12,152 bases of DNA from Candidatus Micrarchaeia archaeon (GCA_049964835.1 JBMFWW010000019.1:1-12152), one strand, 5' to 3'. Shown: positions 1 through 8,739, counted from the first letter of the stretch. The notes: generated from the letters alone by a model not told the origin. Program-made: numbers and translations.

Positions 1-717
1 TTGTACTTTGTGGCAGATGGTTCAAGAAAACTTGAAGCTCTTCTGGCTTATATAAATGAACATAATCCTAAGAAAGCTGTAGTTTTTCTTAAGACAAAAC
101 GCGAAGCAAACTTAATACATCATTTCTTAAGAAAAAATAATTATGATGCAATGCTTTTACACGGAGGCTTAACACAATCAAAACGTGAGCACTCGTTAAA
201 TAATTTTAGGAAGGGTGTTCGCTTTTTAATAGCAACAAATGTTGCGGCACGTGGAATTGATGTTAATGATATAACAGATGTAATAAACTTTGATGTACCA
301 GATGATCCATATGTATATATACATAGAGTAGGAAGATCTGCAAGAATGGGAAAGGAGGGTAAAGCCTTCACCATAGTTAATAGACAAGAAAGAAATATAA
401 TCGAGGATATAAAGTATGTCGCTAAGATAAATATAGACTTGATTAACCTAGACACTTACTCTTACAAAAACATAGTCATGGAATTCTTAAAGAATGAACG
501 CACAAATAGAGAAAGTTTTGGAGATGAACGTGGAAGTAGGCGTTTTGGTGGAGGAAATCGTGGTCATGGAGGAGGCTTTAGACGTAGTAATAGATCAGGA
601 GGAAGTTACAATAAAGAAGGAGGAGGCGATGAAAGAAGACCACAACGTGGAAACTTCAGAAAAAGAAGGAGTGACGATTCAAATCAGAACTATGGCAGAA
701 GATTTAGACCGTTTTAA
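1..717 (+). CDS. DEAD-box RNA helicase, C-terminal part (5' end lies outside the window)
   Basis: RecA2-domain motifs: IV (VVFLKTK), QxxR (LHGGLTQSKR), V (ATNVAARGID), VI (HRVGRSAR), followed by a Gly/Arg-rich tail. Stop TAA at 715-717. Confidence 0.93.
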   Translation: MYFVADGSRKLEALLAYINEHNPKKAVVFLKTKREANLIHHFLRKNNYDAMLLHGGLTQSKREHSLNNFRKGVRFLIATNVAARGIDVNDITDVINFDVPDDPYVYIHRVGRSARMGKEGKAFTIVNRQERNIIEDIKYVAKINIDLINLDTYSYKNIVMEFLKNERTNRESFGDERGSRRFGGGNRGHGGGFRRSNRSGGSYNKEGGGDERRPQRGNFRKRRSDDSNQNYGRRFRPF

Positions 718-794
718 TTTTTTATATTTAAAAATAATATCTTCTTTTTATTTTTCTTCTTTTTCTTTCTTATCTTTTTATCTTTTATTAGGTA
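718..794 (+). terminator. Oligo-T tract region between convergent helicase and cdc6 genes
   Basis: Several T5-T7 runs on the + strand directly after the helicase stop, typical of archaeal intrinsic terminators. Confidence 0.55.
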
Positions 795-1991
795 TTACTC
801 TTCTTTGAAAATACTTTTTTCTATCATGTCTTTGATTTTTTCAGGCTGATAAGAAAGCTTTATCAACTTAGTATGTCCCCGTATTCCCTTGCCTGACTCT
901 TGAGTTGATATTATACCTTGCATCTCTAAATCTGCTATATATCTTCTGTACAATCTAGTTGTTTTTGGTTCCTTGTTTAGAGATGATACTACTGAACTGT
1001 ATCTATCATATATCTCTCCGCTGAATAAAAATGATTCATTATCGTTATTTAATTTTTTGTATCTTCCGCCAGTAATGGACATTAGAGCTATTGCATAAAC
1101 TATAAGTTTTTGATGTTCTGGAAGAGTGCTTATGACCTCATAAGCTATCTCCTCTTCTGCAAATTTTGAAGCTTCGTTTATTTCATTTGTTGTTACTGTT
1201 TTTTGATTTTTCGACTCTGCAAGCTCTCCTGCTTTTGTTATTATTTTCAGTGCAAGTCTAGCGTCTCCGCTATCCTTTGCTGCTATTGCAGCAGCAAGAT
1301 TTATGCACGCTGGATCTACAACGTTCGGCTTAAAGCCATAATCAATTCTGTCTTTTATTATTGCAGCAAGTTCAGAAGAGTTATAAGGTGGAAATACAAA
1401 CTCATTTTCATATAATGTAGAAAGACTTCTTGGATCTAATACTTCTTTAAAGGATATTTTATTTGAAACGCCTATTATTGTTAAGCCTCCCGATTTTATG
1501 TCGCTGTTAGAACGTGTTAGAGTATATATTAAATCGTCTAAATCTCTTACTATGTCAAGTTCATCAAGTACAACAACAAGTATCTTTCCGTCTTCTTCTA
1601 TCCAGTTTATTAGCTTTTCATATATGTCTGTTATACCATAGCCTCTCTTTGCATACTTAGGCATATGATCGCTTGCTATTTTATTAAGAACTCTATATCT
1701 TGAGTTATAAATCCTACAATTAACATAGGTTATCTTTGCTTTTATTATTGGTAACTCTTTTACCTTATCGACTACATGTTTAATACAAGAGGTTTTTCCA
1801 GTTCCTGTTTTACCATAAATAAATACATTTCTGCCTCTTTCCCCTCTCAGAGAAGGTGTTAATGCCTTTTCTATCTCTGATATTTGCCTGTCTCTAAAAA
1901 GCAGGTTTTTAGGAACGTAGTGTGGTGATAGTACCTCTCTGTTTGCAAATATATCAGAATCTTTAAATAAATCTGCAAATGGCTCTGGCAT
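795..1991 (-). CDS. cdc6: Orc1/Cdc6 replication initiator (AAA+ ATPase with winged-helix domain)
   Basis: N-terminal IFANREVLSPHYVP..L.FRD; Walker A GKTGTGKT; YVNC; Walker B VLDELD; FPPY; sensor-2 GDARLAL; C-terminal wHTH with LEMQGII...GKGIRG. Confidence 0.96.
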   Translation of the reverse strand: MPEPFADLFKDSDIFANREVLSPHYVPKNLLFRDRQISEIEKALTPSLRGERGRNVFIYGKTGTGKTSCIKHVVDKVKELPIIKAKITYVNCRIYNSRYRVLNKIASDHMPKYAKRGYGITDIYEKLINWIEEDGKILVVVLDELDIVRDLDDLIYTLTRSNSDIKSGGLTIIGVSNKISFKEVLDPRSLSTLYENEFVFPPYNSSELAAIIKDRIDYGFKPNVVDPACINLAAAIAAKDSGDARLALKIITKAGELAESKNQKTVTTNEINEASKFAEEEIAYEVISTLPEHQKLIVYAIALMSITGGRYKKLNNDNESFLFSGEIYDRYSSVVSSLNKEPKTTRLYRRYIADLEMQGIISTQESGKGIRGHTKLIKLSYQPEKIKDMIEKSIFKEE

Positions 1992-1994
1992 AAC

Positions 1995-2792
1995 TCAACC
2001 CACAATCTTCTTTAATATTATGTTATATTCATCGCTAATATTTTTATCTTTAGTATATGGCACTTCTCCTTTATCGCTTAACTCACTCATATTCTTATTC
2101 ATTTTTATTGAACCTAGGAACTGCGCGTTAAGTGCATTTGAAACCTCTACGCCTCCTTTCGGAGTTCCTTCAGACATGTTTTCTATTACTCCAAGAATAT
2201 ATACACCTAGCCTTTTTGCCATCATGCCAGATCTTATTGCATTTATAGCAGGTATATGCTGTGGTGTTGTTACTATTATAAAACCTTTTAAATCAAGTAA
2301 TTGAATTATAGAAAGTGGTGCGTCGCTTGTACCTGGAGGTAAATCAACAAGCAAATAATCTAAATCTCCCCATTCGGTATTTTCTAAAAACTCGCTAACC
2401 ATTTTACCTATCATCGGACCTCTCCAGATTATAGGTTTTTTATTATCGTCTACAAACATTGCAGTAGACAAAACAAGTATGCCATCTTTATTGAAAGGTT
2501 TTATTGGATATTCACCTTGCGCTTCGTAATTTATCCCTAAAAACATGCAGATATTTGGGCAGTCTATATCCGCGTCAAGTATACCTACTTTAAATCCCAT
2601 GCTTTTAAGTGCATATGCTAAATTTACAGTTGTTGTACTTTTCCCTACACCACCTTTAGCACTGTAAATACCTATCTTATTTTTAATAGAAGATAACTTC
2701 TCCTTTAGTCTTTTTCTTTGTTCTATTACCTTTAATATTGAAGGATGTGCAACATTGACTTTAGCTTCGCCAATCTGCGCTTCGTCGACTAT
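1995..2792 (-). CDS. Mrp/Nbp35/ApbC-family P-loop ATPase lacking the C-terminal CxxC; start extended to a probable ATA codon at 2792
   Basis: The frame stays open upstream of the track's ATG (2600) and encodes the deviant Walker A (IGIYSAKGGVGKSTT). Downstream motifs: LDADID, IIWRGPM, WGDLDYLLVDLPPGTSD, VTTPQ, GVIENMS. SD GGTGA lies 4 nt before ATA at 2792. Confidence 0.88.
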   Translation of the reverse strand: MVDEAQIGEAKVNVAHPSILKVIEQRKRLKEKLSSIKNKIGIYSAKGGVGKSTTTVNLAYALKSMGFKVGILDADIDCPNICMFLGINYEAQGEYPIKPFNKDGILVLSTAMFVDDNKKPIIWRGPMIGKMVSEFLENTEWGDLDYLLVDLPPGTSDAPLSIIQLLDLKGFIIVTTPQHIPAINAIRSGMMAKRLGVYILGVIENMSEGTPKGGVEVSNALNAQFLGSIKMNKNMSELSDKGEVPYTKDKNISDEYNIILKKIVG

Positions 2793-2904
2793 TATATCAC
2801 CGAATATAATGCGTCCTTTGTTAATATATTGTTTTTGTAATAAAAATTAGAAGTATAATAAATGTAATAAACTCTAAAAACTATTCTTGGCTAGGAGTGT
2901 TTGC

Positions 2905-3435
2905 TTAAAAACGATCATTTCTTTTGAATAAGTCTTTGCATTCATTAACTAAGTACTCTGTACTTGCTGCAAAGCATAGAGCACATCCAGTTAGAGTAAG
3001 CATACTGCTTATATCATTAGTAATTGAAACCACTTGTGTATTGTTTAGTGTTTCTACCACATGATTTAATGCAAAATTTCCTTTTGCTGCATTATCATAT
3101 AAAAAGTTACTTGCTGAAGTAGCAACTCCCAAAGCTATTGGCAATGCCACTCCAAAAACTATGTTCTTAACTCCTTCTTTTAAATTTTCCTTCATTTTAT
3201 CTGTTTCTGATTTATCTCTAAGATCTGATCTTGCACTCTTAATAAATTCGAACGTTGTTTTCCCAATTAAAACAGAACCTAAACCGAAAAATGCTAGTTC
3301 AGGCAGTACATTTGTTACTGTAGGATTTAAATATTCATTAAATGCGGCAACCCCTGCTGTTCCAGCGGCAGTTCCTAACAAACCATTTCTTAAATCTTTA
3401 AATTTTATTGCCATGTCATCAAAGGTAATTTGCAT
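2905..3435 (-). CDS. Hypothetical membrane protein (3-4 Gly/Ala-rich hydrophobic segments); alternative start ATG at 3414
   Basis: 176-codon ORF with hydrophobic stretches LLGTAAGTAGVAAF, LAFFGLGSVLIG, IVFGVALPIALGVA, MLTLTGCALCFAAS. No family recognised. Confidence 0.7.
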   Translation of the reverse strand: MQITFDDMAIKFKDLRNGLLGTAAGTAGVAAFNEYLNPTVTNVLPELAFFGLGSVLIGKTTFEFIKSARSDLRDKSETDKMKENLKEGVKNIVFGVALPIALGVATSASNFLYDNAAKGNFALNHVVETLNNTQVVSITNDISSMLTLTGCALCFAASTEYLVNECKDLFKRNDRF

Positions 3436-3614
3436 TTTCAGATATATATTGTTTTACTTCAATATAAGTTTATATTTATGGATATTTAAATATTCCTATT
3501 GCACGGCTTCAGAGGATACTATAAGAAATAAAAAGGAATTTGTCCTTGATTTATTAAAAATATTTATTAGGAAAGTATAGGCTATTAATTAAAACTAAAG
3601 TTAGATAGCAGAAT

Positions 3615-3935
3615 CTAGGCAGATGCGTCGAGAGCTTGTTTAACCGTTTCTTCGTTAAGAGAGATTACTCCCACTTGCAGTAGAACTTTACCGCCAATTA
3701 TTGTTGGTGTTATGCTTTCTGTTAGTACTACATTCATCTGTCCATTGTTTAGTAATTCGCTTACTTCGTTAGTTATCCTTAATGCGCTTCCTTTGGCTTT
3801 CGGCTCTGCAATTCCTCTTAAGGTATCTTTTAGTGCTGTTAGCTTTTCTTCATCTCTTTGTTGTTTTTCCTCATCATGTCTAAACAACAGTCTAAAAGCG
3901 CCCTCATCTTCAGCTTTTGAGAACTTTATCACCAC
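3615..3935 (-). CDS. Hypothetical protein
   Basis: 106-codon ORF with GTG start preceded by a GGTGGT SD-like tract, purine-rich coding strand and AT-rich flanks. No family recognised. Confidence 0.65.
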   Translation of the reverse strand: MVIKFSKAEDEGAFRLLFRHDEEKQQRDEEKLTALKDTLRGIAEPKAKGSALRITNEVSELLNNGQMNVVLTESITPTIIGGKVLLQVGVISLNEETVKQALDASA

Positions 3936-4143
3936 ACCACCACTAATATTATATTTTTTTGATATATATTACTTCTTAGGCAATATTGAGGGCATTTTTA
4001 AAGAAAGTCATATGAATTGTGGTATATTTTACGAAAAGCTCTGCTAAAAGTTAGGTTATATAAACGTATTTAAAAGGAACCTATATAAACTTTAATTTTT
4101 ATATATTATTGACTATTTATATTTAATTTTAAAAGGTATCTAT

Positions 4144-4839
4144 ATGTATCCAAATGTACAGGCTTATGACAGAGGGGTTATGTTTAACCCAGATGGAAGA
4201 TTATTTCAAGTAGAGTATGCAAAGGAAGCGGTTAGGAAAGGCGCTACATCAATAGGTTTAATAGCAAAGGATAGTGTTATTTTTGTGGCACACAAGAATA
4301 TAAACGAACCGCTAGCAATAGCATCAACAATACAGAAGGTATTCAGAATAGACTCGCACATAGGAGCTACATACAGTGGAATGGTAGCAGACGGTCTTCA
4401 CCTTATAGACTTCGCTAGAGGAAGGGCCCAGAATCATAGATTAATATACGATGATGTTAAATCGGTAGAAGCTTTATCAAGAGAGGCTTCTGCATATATG
4501 ATGCAAGCTACCCAATATGGGGGCTTAAGACCATATGCAGTATCATTGCTTGTAGGAGGAATGGACAACGGACCTAAGCTATTCGAAATAGAGCCGGGCG
4601 CATCATTTTTAGGTTATAAGGCTGATGCTATAGGTTCAGGAAAGAAAACTGCTACGGAGATGTTAATGAAAGAGTACAAAGACAATATGGCATTTGATGA
4701 TGCTGTCTCGCTAGGAGTAAAGATAATAAAGAAGATAAGCGAGGATAAGCTGACTGTAGATAGTTTAGATATAGGCTACATACGCGATGGAAATGAGTAT
4801 GAGCTAATGGACACAGAGGAGCTTAAGAATTATCTCTGA
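4144..4839 (+). CDS. psmA: 20S proteasome alpha subunit
   Basis: YDR...F.PDGRLFQVEYA signature, KGATSIG, SGMVADG, TQYGGLRPY, AIGSG. Confidence 0.97.
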   Translation: MYPNVQAYDRGVMFNPDGRLFQVEYAKEAVRKGATSIGLIAKDSVIFVAHKNINEPLAIASTIQKVFRIDSHIGATYSGMVADGLHLIDFARGRAQNHRLIYDDVKSVEALSREASAYMMQATQYGGLRPYAVSLLVGGMDNGPKLFEIEPGASFLGYKADAIGSGKKTATEMLMKEYKDNMAFDDAVSLGVKIIKKISEDKLTVDSLDIGYIRDGNEYELMDTEELKNYL

Positions 4840-4855
4840 TTTACTGCTGGTTGAT

Positions 4856-5539
4856 ATGTCAAAGACCGTTGTTGCTAAGTATTCACAAATGGGAGAGAAC
4901 TTTGAGATCTTTGTAGATTCTGATTTAGCATATGAGTATATTACAGGAAAGATAAAAGATCCGATAAAGGTTCTACAAGCTGAAGAAATCTTCAAAGACG
5001 CAAACAAGGGAGAACGGCAAACACAAGATAAAATCAAAAAGATATTTAATACAACAGATGTTGCTCAAGTAACTGACATAATACTAAAAAAGGGCCACGT
5101 ACCAATAACAACCGAACAGAGAGCAAAACTAATAGAAGAAAAAAAGAGACAGATAATAAACATAATAGCAACAAACTCTATAGATCCCAGAACAAACGCG
5201 CCACACACAACACAAAGAATAGAAACGGCGATGGAAGAGTCAAGAGTAAATATAGATCCGTTCAAAAATGCAAATGAACAGGTTCCAGAAGTAATTAAAA
5301 AGATTGAAATTAAATTACCTTTGAAATTTGCAACAGCAAAAATAGAGGTCAATATACCTGCATCTTATGCAAATAGATGCTTTGGCACATTGAAGCATTA
5401 TGGTATGAAATCTGAAGAATGGCTCTCTAACGGTTCGTTAAAGGCTAAACTTGAGTTCCCTGCAGGTTTAAGAGATGAGGTATTTGATAAATTAAACTCA
5501 CTTACAAAGGGAGAAATAGAAATTAAAATAGAAGAGTGA
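4856..5539 (+). CDS. Ribosome maturation factor SBDS/Sdo1
   Basis: GENFEIFVD, IFKDANKGER, ITTEQR, IDPRTNAPH..RIE.AM, EEWLSNGSL; canonical position after psmA. Confidence 0.96.
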   Translation: MSKTVVAKYSQMGENFEIFVDSDLAYEYITGKIKDPIKVLQAEEIFKDANKGERQTQDKIKKIFNTTDVAQVTDIILKKGHVPITTEQRAKLIEEKKRQIINIIATNSIDPRTNAPHTTQRIETAMEESRVNIDPFKNANEQVPEVIKKIEIKLPLKFATAKIEVNIPASYANRCFGTLKHYGMKSEEWLSNGSLKAKLEFPAGLRDEVFDKLNSLTKGEIEIKIEE

Positions 5540-5543
5540 TAAA

Positions 5544-6197
5544 ATGAGAAGAATAGTAATTCCAGGAGAGCTGATATCAGAAACTCCATTAAGAATATTA
5601 GACACTATAGTTGAAAATAATAAAACGTACTCAACTATTATCGGTCTTTTTGATGATGAAAAGAAAACACTTATACCCTTAGAAGGACTTTGGTATCCAA
5701 ACAGAGATGATTTAGTAATAGGTATTATAGAGGAGTCAAAATTAAACACAGATATTGTAATACTTAATGCTCCTTATAAAGGCTTAATCATATCAAAGTA
5801 CTCTGAAGGAAATATGAAAACAGGAGACGTAATAGAAGCAAATGTGAAGGAGCTAGACAAAACAGGCACAGTAATATTAACAAGACCGCGAGTGCTTCGC
5901 GATGGAAAGGTAATAAGGATAAAACCTTCAAAGGTCAACAGATTACTTGGTAAAAATAATACTATGATAAATCAGATAAGCGAAGGTACAAAAACAAAAA
6001 TAATTGTAGGATTAAATGGTTTGATTTGGTTAAATGGTGGCAATTTAGACCTTGCTATAAAGGCCATAGAAACCGTTTGCAGCAAAGCACATACTTCGGG
6101 CTTAACTGAAAAGATTGGAAAGATGGTAAATATTAATGGTGCGCAAAAAGCAGTAAGCAAACAAGATAAAAATAAGGTAGAAGAAGAGATGATTTGA
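5544..6197 (+). CDS. rrp4: Exosome RNA-binding cap protein Rrp4
   Basis: IVIPGE N-terminus; LIPLEG.WYP..DDLVIGII (S1); KH region PSKVNRLLGK..MI, IIVGLNGLIW, AHTSGLT; operon context. Confidence 0.93.
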   Translation: MRRIVIPGELISETPLRILDTIVENNKTYSTIIGLFDDEKKTLIPLEGLWYPNRDDLVIGIIEESKLNTDIVILNAPYKGLIISKYSEGNMKTGDVIEANVKELDKTGTVILTRPRVLRDGKVIRIKPSKVNRLLGKNNTMINQISEGTKTKIIVGLNGLIWLNGGNLDLAIKAIETVCSKAHTSGLTEKIGKMVNINGAQKAVSKQDKNKVEEEMI

Positions 6198-6916
6198 TGA
6201 AAGGTACTATTGAATTAATAAAGGATGGCAAACGATTAGATGGAAGACTGCCAGGAAATTTAAGAGAAATAAAGATAAAAACAAATATAATAAAAAATGC
6301 GCAGGGTTCAGCTTATATTGAATGGGGAAATAACAAGATAATAGCAGCAATACACGGGCCCACAGAGGCGCTTCCAAGACATACTGGAAATCCTGACAAA
6401 GCAGTTATAAAGTGCAGATATATGATGGCACCTTTTTCCTCAAGTGAAGAGCATGGAAGAAGCGGTATGAATAGGCGTGCTATTGAAATTTCAAAGGTAA
6501 CTGGTGAGGTATTTGAAAATGTAATTTTATTAGACCAGTTCCCAGGAACAGAAATTAGTATTTATATTGAGGTGCTTCAAAGCGATGGCGGCACAAGAGC
6601 TGCAGGAATAACATGCGCTGCTGTTGCACTTGCAACATCTGGAATACCTATGAAGGATCTGCCTTTTTCAGTTTCTGCCGGTAAAGTTGGAGAGACGGTA
6701 ATACTTGACTTGAATAAAGTAGAGGATAATTATTCTGATGCAGATGTTCCAGTAGCTATACTTCCAAGAACTAATGAGGTTGTTTTATTACAGATGGATG
6801 GCTCTCTTACAAAAAAACAGTACAACGATGCAATATCATTGATAGTAGAAGCCGGTAAGACAATATCAAAGAAGCAAAGGGATGCCATTATAGAGTACTA
6901 TGATGAAAAAGAATAA
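6197..6916 (+). CDS. rrp41: Exosome catalytic subunit Rrp41 (RNase PH fold)
   Basis: DGKRLDGR, GSAYIEWGNNKI, YMMAPFS, RRAIEISK, phosphate-binding QSDGGTR, catalytic acidic EDNYSDAD. ATG at 6197 overlaps the rrp4 stop (TGATG); the track uses TTG at 6194. Confidence 0.96.
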   Translation: MKGTIELIKDGKRLDGRLPGNLREIKIKTNIIKNAQGSAYIEWGNNKIIAAIHGPTEALPRHTGNPDKAVIKCRYMMAPFSSSEEHGRSGMNRRAIEISKVTGEVFENVILLDQFPGTEISIYIEVLQSDGGTRAAGITCAAVALATSGIPMKDLPFSVSAGKVGETVILDLNKVEDNYSDADVPVAILPRTNEVVLLQMDGSLTKKQYNDAISLIVEAGKTISKKQRDAIIEYYDEKE

Positions 6917-6925
6917 GGTCATTAT

Positions 6926-7702
6926 ATGAAATTAATAACAAATAATTATTTAAAAAGTAGATTTCCGATGAATAAAAGAGATGACGATAGAGGCATTAAA
7001 TCATTCAGAGATATAAAGATAAAAACGAATGAGATACCAAATGCTGAAGGTTCTGCACTAGTAGATTTAGGTAATACGAAGGTTCTCGCTGGAATAAAAA
7101 TAGATTTGGCAGAGCCTATGAGAGATACTCCAGAAGATGGAAATATAAGTACATCTGCAGAACTTTTGCCTATGGCAGATGACTCTTATGATATCGGCCC
7201 ACCTACACCGTTTGGTGTAGAATTTGCAAGGGTGGTTGATAGGGGTATAAGAGCAGCAGGAATAATAGATACTTCAAAACTTTTTATAGAAGAAGGAAAG
7301 GTGTGGAGTATTTTCATAGACTTATATGTGTTAAACAATGATGGTAATATCTTTGATGCTGGAACTCTTGCAGCAATGGCCGCTTTAATGACATGCAGAA
7401 TGCCTAAATATGAGAATGAACAGATAATAAGAGAAAGCACTGAAAAATTAAATACAAAAAATATAGTTACATCTTGCACCTTTGCAAAGATATTGGATGA
7501 ATTAGTTTTAGATCCAACAGCTAATGAGGAATCGTTAGCCGAATCAAGAATAACAATAGCAAACGATGAAAATGTAATAAGAGCTATGCAAAAAGGAATG
7601 GGCGGCTCATTTAAGATAAAGGAAATAGAAGAACTAATAGATGTAACATTTGATAAATCTAAAGAATTAAGAAGTATACTCAAAAATAATACAGGTGATT
7701 AA
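6926..7702 (+). CDS. rrp42: Exosome subunit Rrp42
   Basis: R.D.R...FR, AEGSALVDLGNTKVLAGIK, GPP...VEFARVVDRGIR, DGNIFDA, LDPT..EE, AMQKG. Confidence 0.96.
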   Translation: MKLITNNYLKSRFPMNKRDDDRGIKSFRDIKIKTNEIPNAEGSALVDLGNTKVLAGIKIDLAEPMRDTPEDGNISTSAELLPMADDSYDIGPPTPFGVEFARVVDRGIRAAGIIDTSKLFIEEGKVWSIFIDLYVLNNDGNIFDAGTLAAMAALMTCRMPKYENEQIIRESTEKLNTKNIVTSCTFAKILDELVLDPTANEESLAESRITIANDENVIRAMQKGMGGSFKIKEIEELIDVTFDKSKELRSILKNNTGD

Positions 7703-7933
7703 TTGGCAAATAAAAGTATAAGATATGGAGTTAATCTAAGGAAAAGAGAGGCATCAGTAATAAAACAGAAAAATGCTTTGTATAAATGCGATCTTTGTGG
7801 TAAAGAAGCTGTAAGAAGAAAGAATGTAGGTATATGGCACTGTAAGTACTGTAATGCGACTTATGCTGGCGGAGCGTATACTATGAAAACTTCAAGCGGA
7901 GAAATAGTAAATAGAATTCTTAATAGAGTATAG
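7703..7933 (+). CDS. rpl37ae: 50S ribosomal protein L37Ae (eL43)
   Basis: RYG..LRKR, C4 zinc finger CDLC...GIWHCKYC, YAGGAY. TTG start 4 nt after GGTGA. Confidence 0.95.
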   Translation: MANKSIRYGVNLRKREASVIKQKNALYKCDLCGKEAVRRKNVGIWHCKYCNATYAGGAYTMKTSSGEIVNRILNRV

Positions 7934-7938
7934 ATTTA

Positions 7939-8298
7939 ATGGTTAAGATAACATTTTCACCTATAAATGAACTCGTAATACACGAGGCAGTAGAAATAGA
8001 AAAGGAGGATTTAATGCGAGAGCGAGTAACTCCAGCCGGCACTATGCCACTTTATTGGTGTGATAATGTCTTGTTTAGCTTTTCATCAGTACCTATGACT
8101 GATGAAATAGTTAGCGATTATCTTAAAGGAAGAGTTCATTGGCTTGAGGTACATTACGCATTAAATGAAAAGTACACACAAATTTTAACATTAAACGAAG
8201 ATGAATATAAAGCTACTATGAATATTCGTGTTATTGACACTTCAAAGTCTTCCCTACATAGAGAAGTTGTAAAATGGTTAAAAGGTATTAAAAAGTGA
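7939..8298 (+). CDS. Archaeal hypothetical protein inside the exosome operon
   Basis: 119 codons with 5-nt and 4-nt gaps to its neighbours. From memory it resembles an uncharacterised archaeal family (ELVIHE...PLYW...DYLKG..HW...VID...WLK); this was not verified. Confidence 0.85.
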   Translation: MVKITFSPINELVIHEAVEIEKEDLMRERVTPAGTMPLYWCDNVLFSFSSVPMTDEIVSDYLKGRVHWLEVHYALNEKYTQILTLNEDEYKATMNIRVIDTSKSSLHREVVKWLKGIKK

Positions 8299-8302
8299 TT
8301 GA

Positions 8303-8437
8303 ATGGCATATGTTTGCATGCATTGTGGAAAAGAGCTTAAAACTCTTGAAAAAAATACAATAAGATGTCCTTATTGTGGTTACAGAGTACTTGCTAAAAA
8401 AAGATCAAGCCTAACTAAGGAAGTAAATACAGATTAA
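8303..8437 (+). CDS. rpoP: DNA-directed RNA polymerase subunit P (Rpo12); absent from the ORF track
   Basis: Manual translation gives MAYVCMHCGKELKTLEKNTIRCPYCGYRVLAKKRSSLTKEVNTD (44 aa): Y.C..CG / IRCPYCGYR.L.K.R signature at the canonical position after rpl37ae. Confidence 0.95.
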   Translation: MAYVCMHCGKELKTLEKNTIRCPYCGYRVLAKKRSSLTKEVNTD

Positions 8438-8449
8438 TTTTTCTTTTTT
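8438..8449 (+). terminator. Oligo-T terminator of the psmA-rpoP operon
   Basis: T-tract (TTTTTCTTTTTT-like) immediately after the rpoP stop, facing a convergent gene. Confidence 0.55.
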
Positions 8450-8492
8450 AAAGAATTAAAGTAATGGTTTTGCTTCTATTACTTTTTAATTT

Positions 8493-8726
8493 CTACTTTC
8501 CAGCTACTATATTTTCTGAAACGCTTTTTATTCTTTTATAAGCTACGCTTCCTGTTCTTAATTCTGATCTTGGATCGGCACTCCTAAGAAGCTTTTCAGG
8601 CTCAGTTATTAATAAATGTGAAACACAACCATCTTCAAAATTTAGCATAAGCCCTTTTACATTGCCTATTATTTTACCTTCTGTTGATATTATTTTTTTC
8701 CCATAGAGTTCTGATATCTTTACCAT
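8493..8726 (-). CDS. Stand-alone PRC-barrel domain protein (CdpB-like)
   Basis: ISELYGKKIISTEGKIIGNVKGLMLNFEDG.V...VAYKRIKSVSENIV matches the PRC-barrel pattern; 77 aa. Confidence 0.88.
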   Translation of the reverse strand: MVKISELYGKKIISTEGKIIGNVKGLMLNFEDGCVSHLLITEPEKLLRSADPRSELRTGSVAYKRIKSVSENIVAGK

Positions 8727-8739
8727 TTTAAAACCTTCT

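Noticed and set aside
520..794. Repeat array or CRISPR in the helicase tail and downstream T-rich tract
   Set aside because: This is low-complexity RGG-type coding sequence and terminator-like T runs, with no regular repeat-spacer period.
2800..4143. Replication origin (ORB repeats) near cdc6
   Set aside because: No TTCCAGTGGAAAC-like ORB or mini-ORB and no G-string repeats were seen in the intergenic regions. AT richness alone is insufficient.
5935..5965. Rrp4 KH loop GKNN instead of GxxG
   Set aside because: A degenerate GxxG is common in Rrp4 KH domains, so it is not distinctive.
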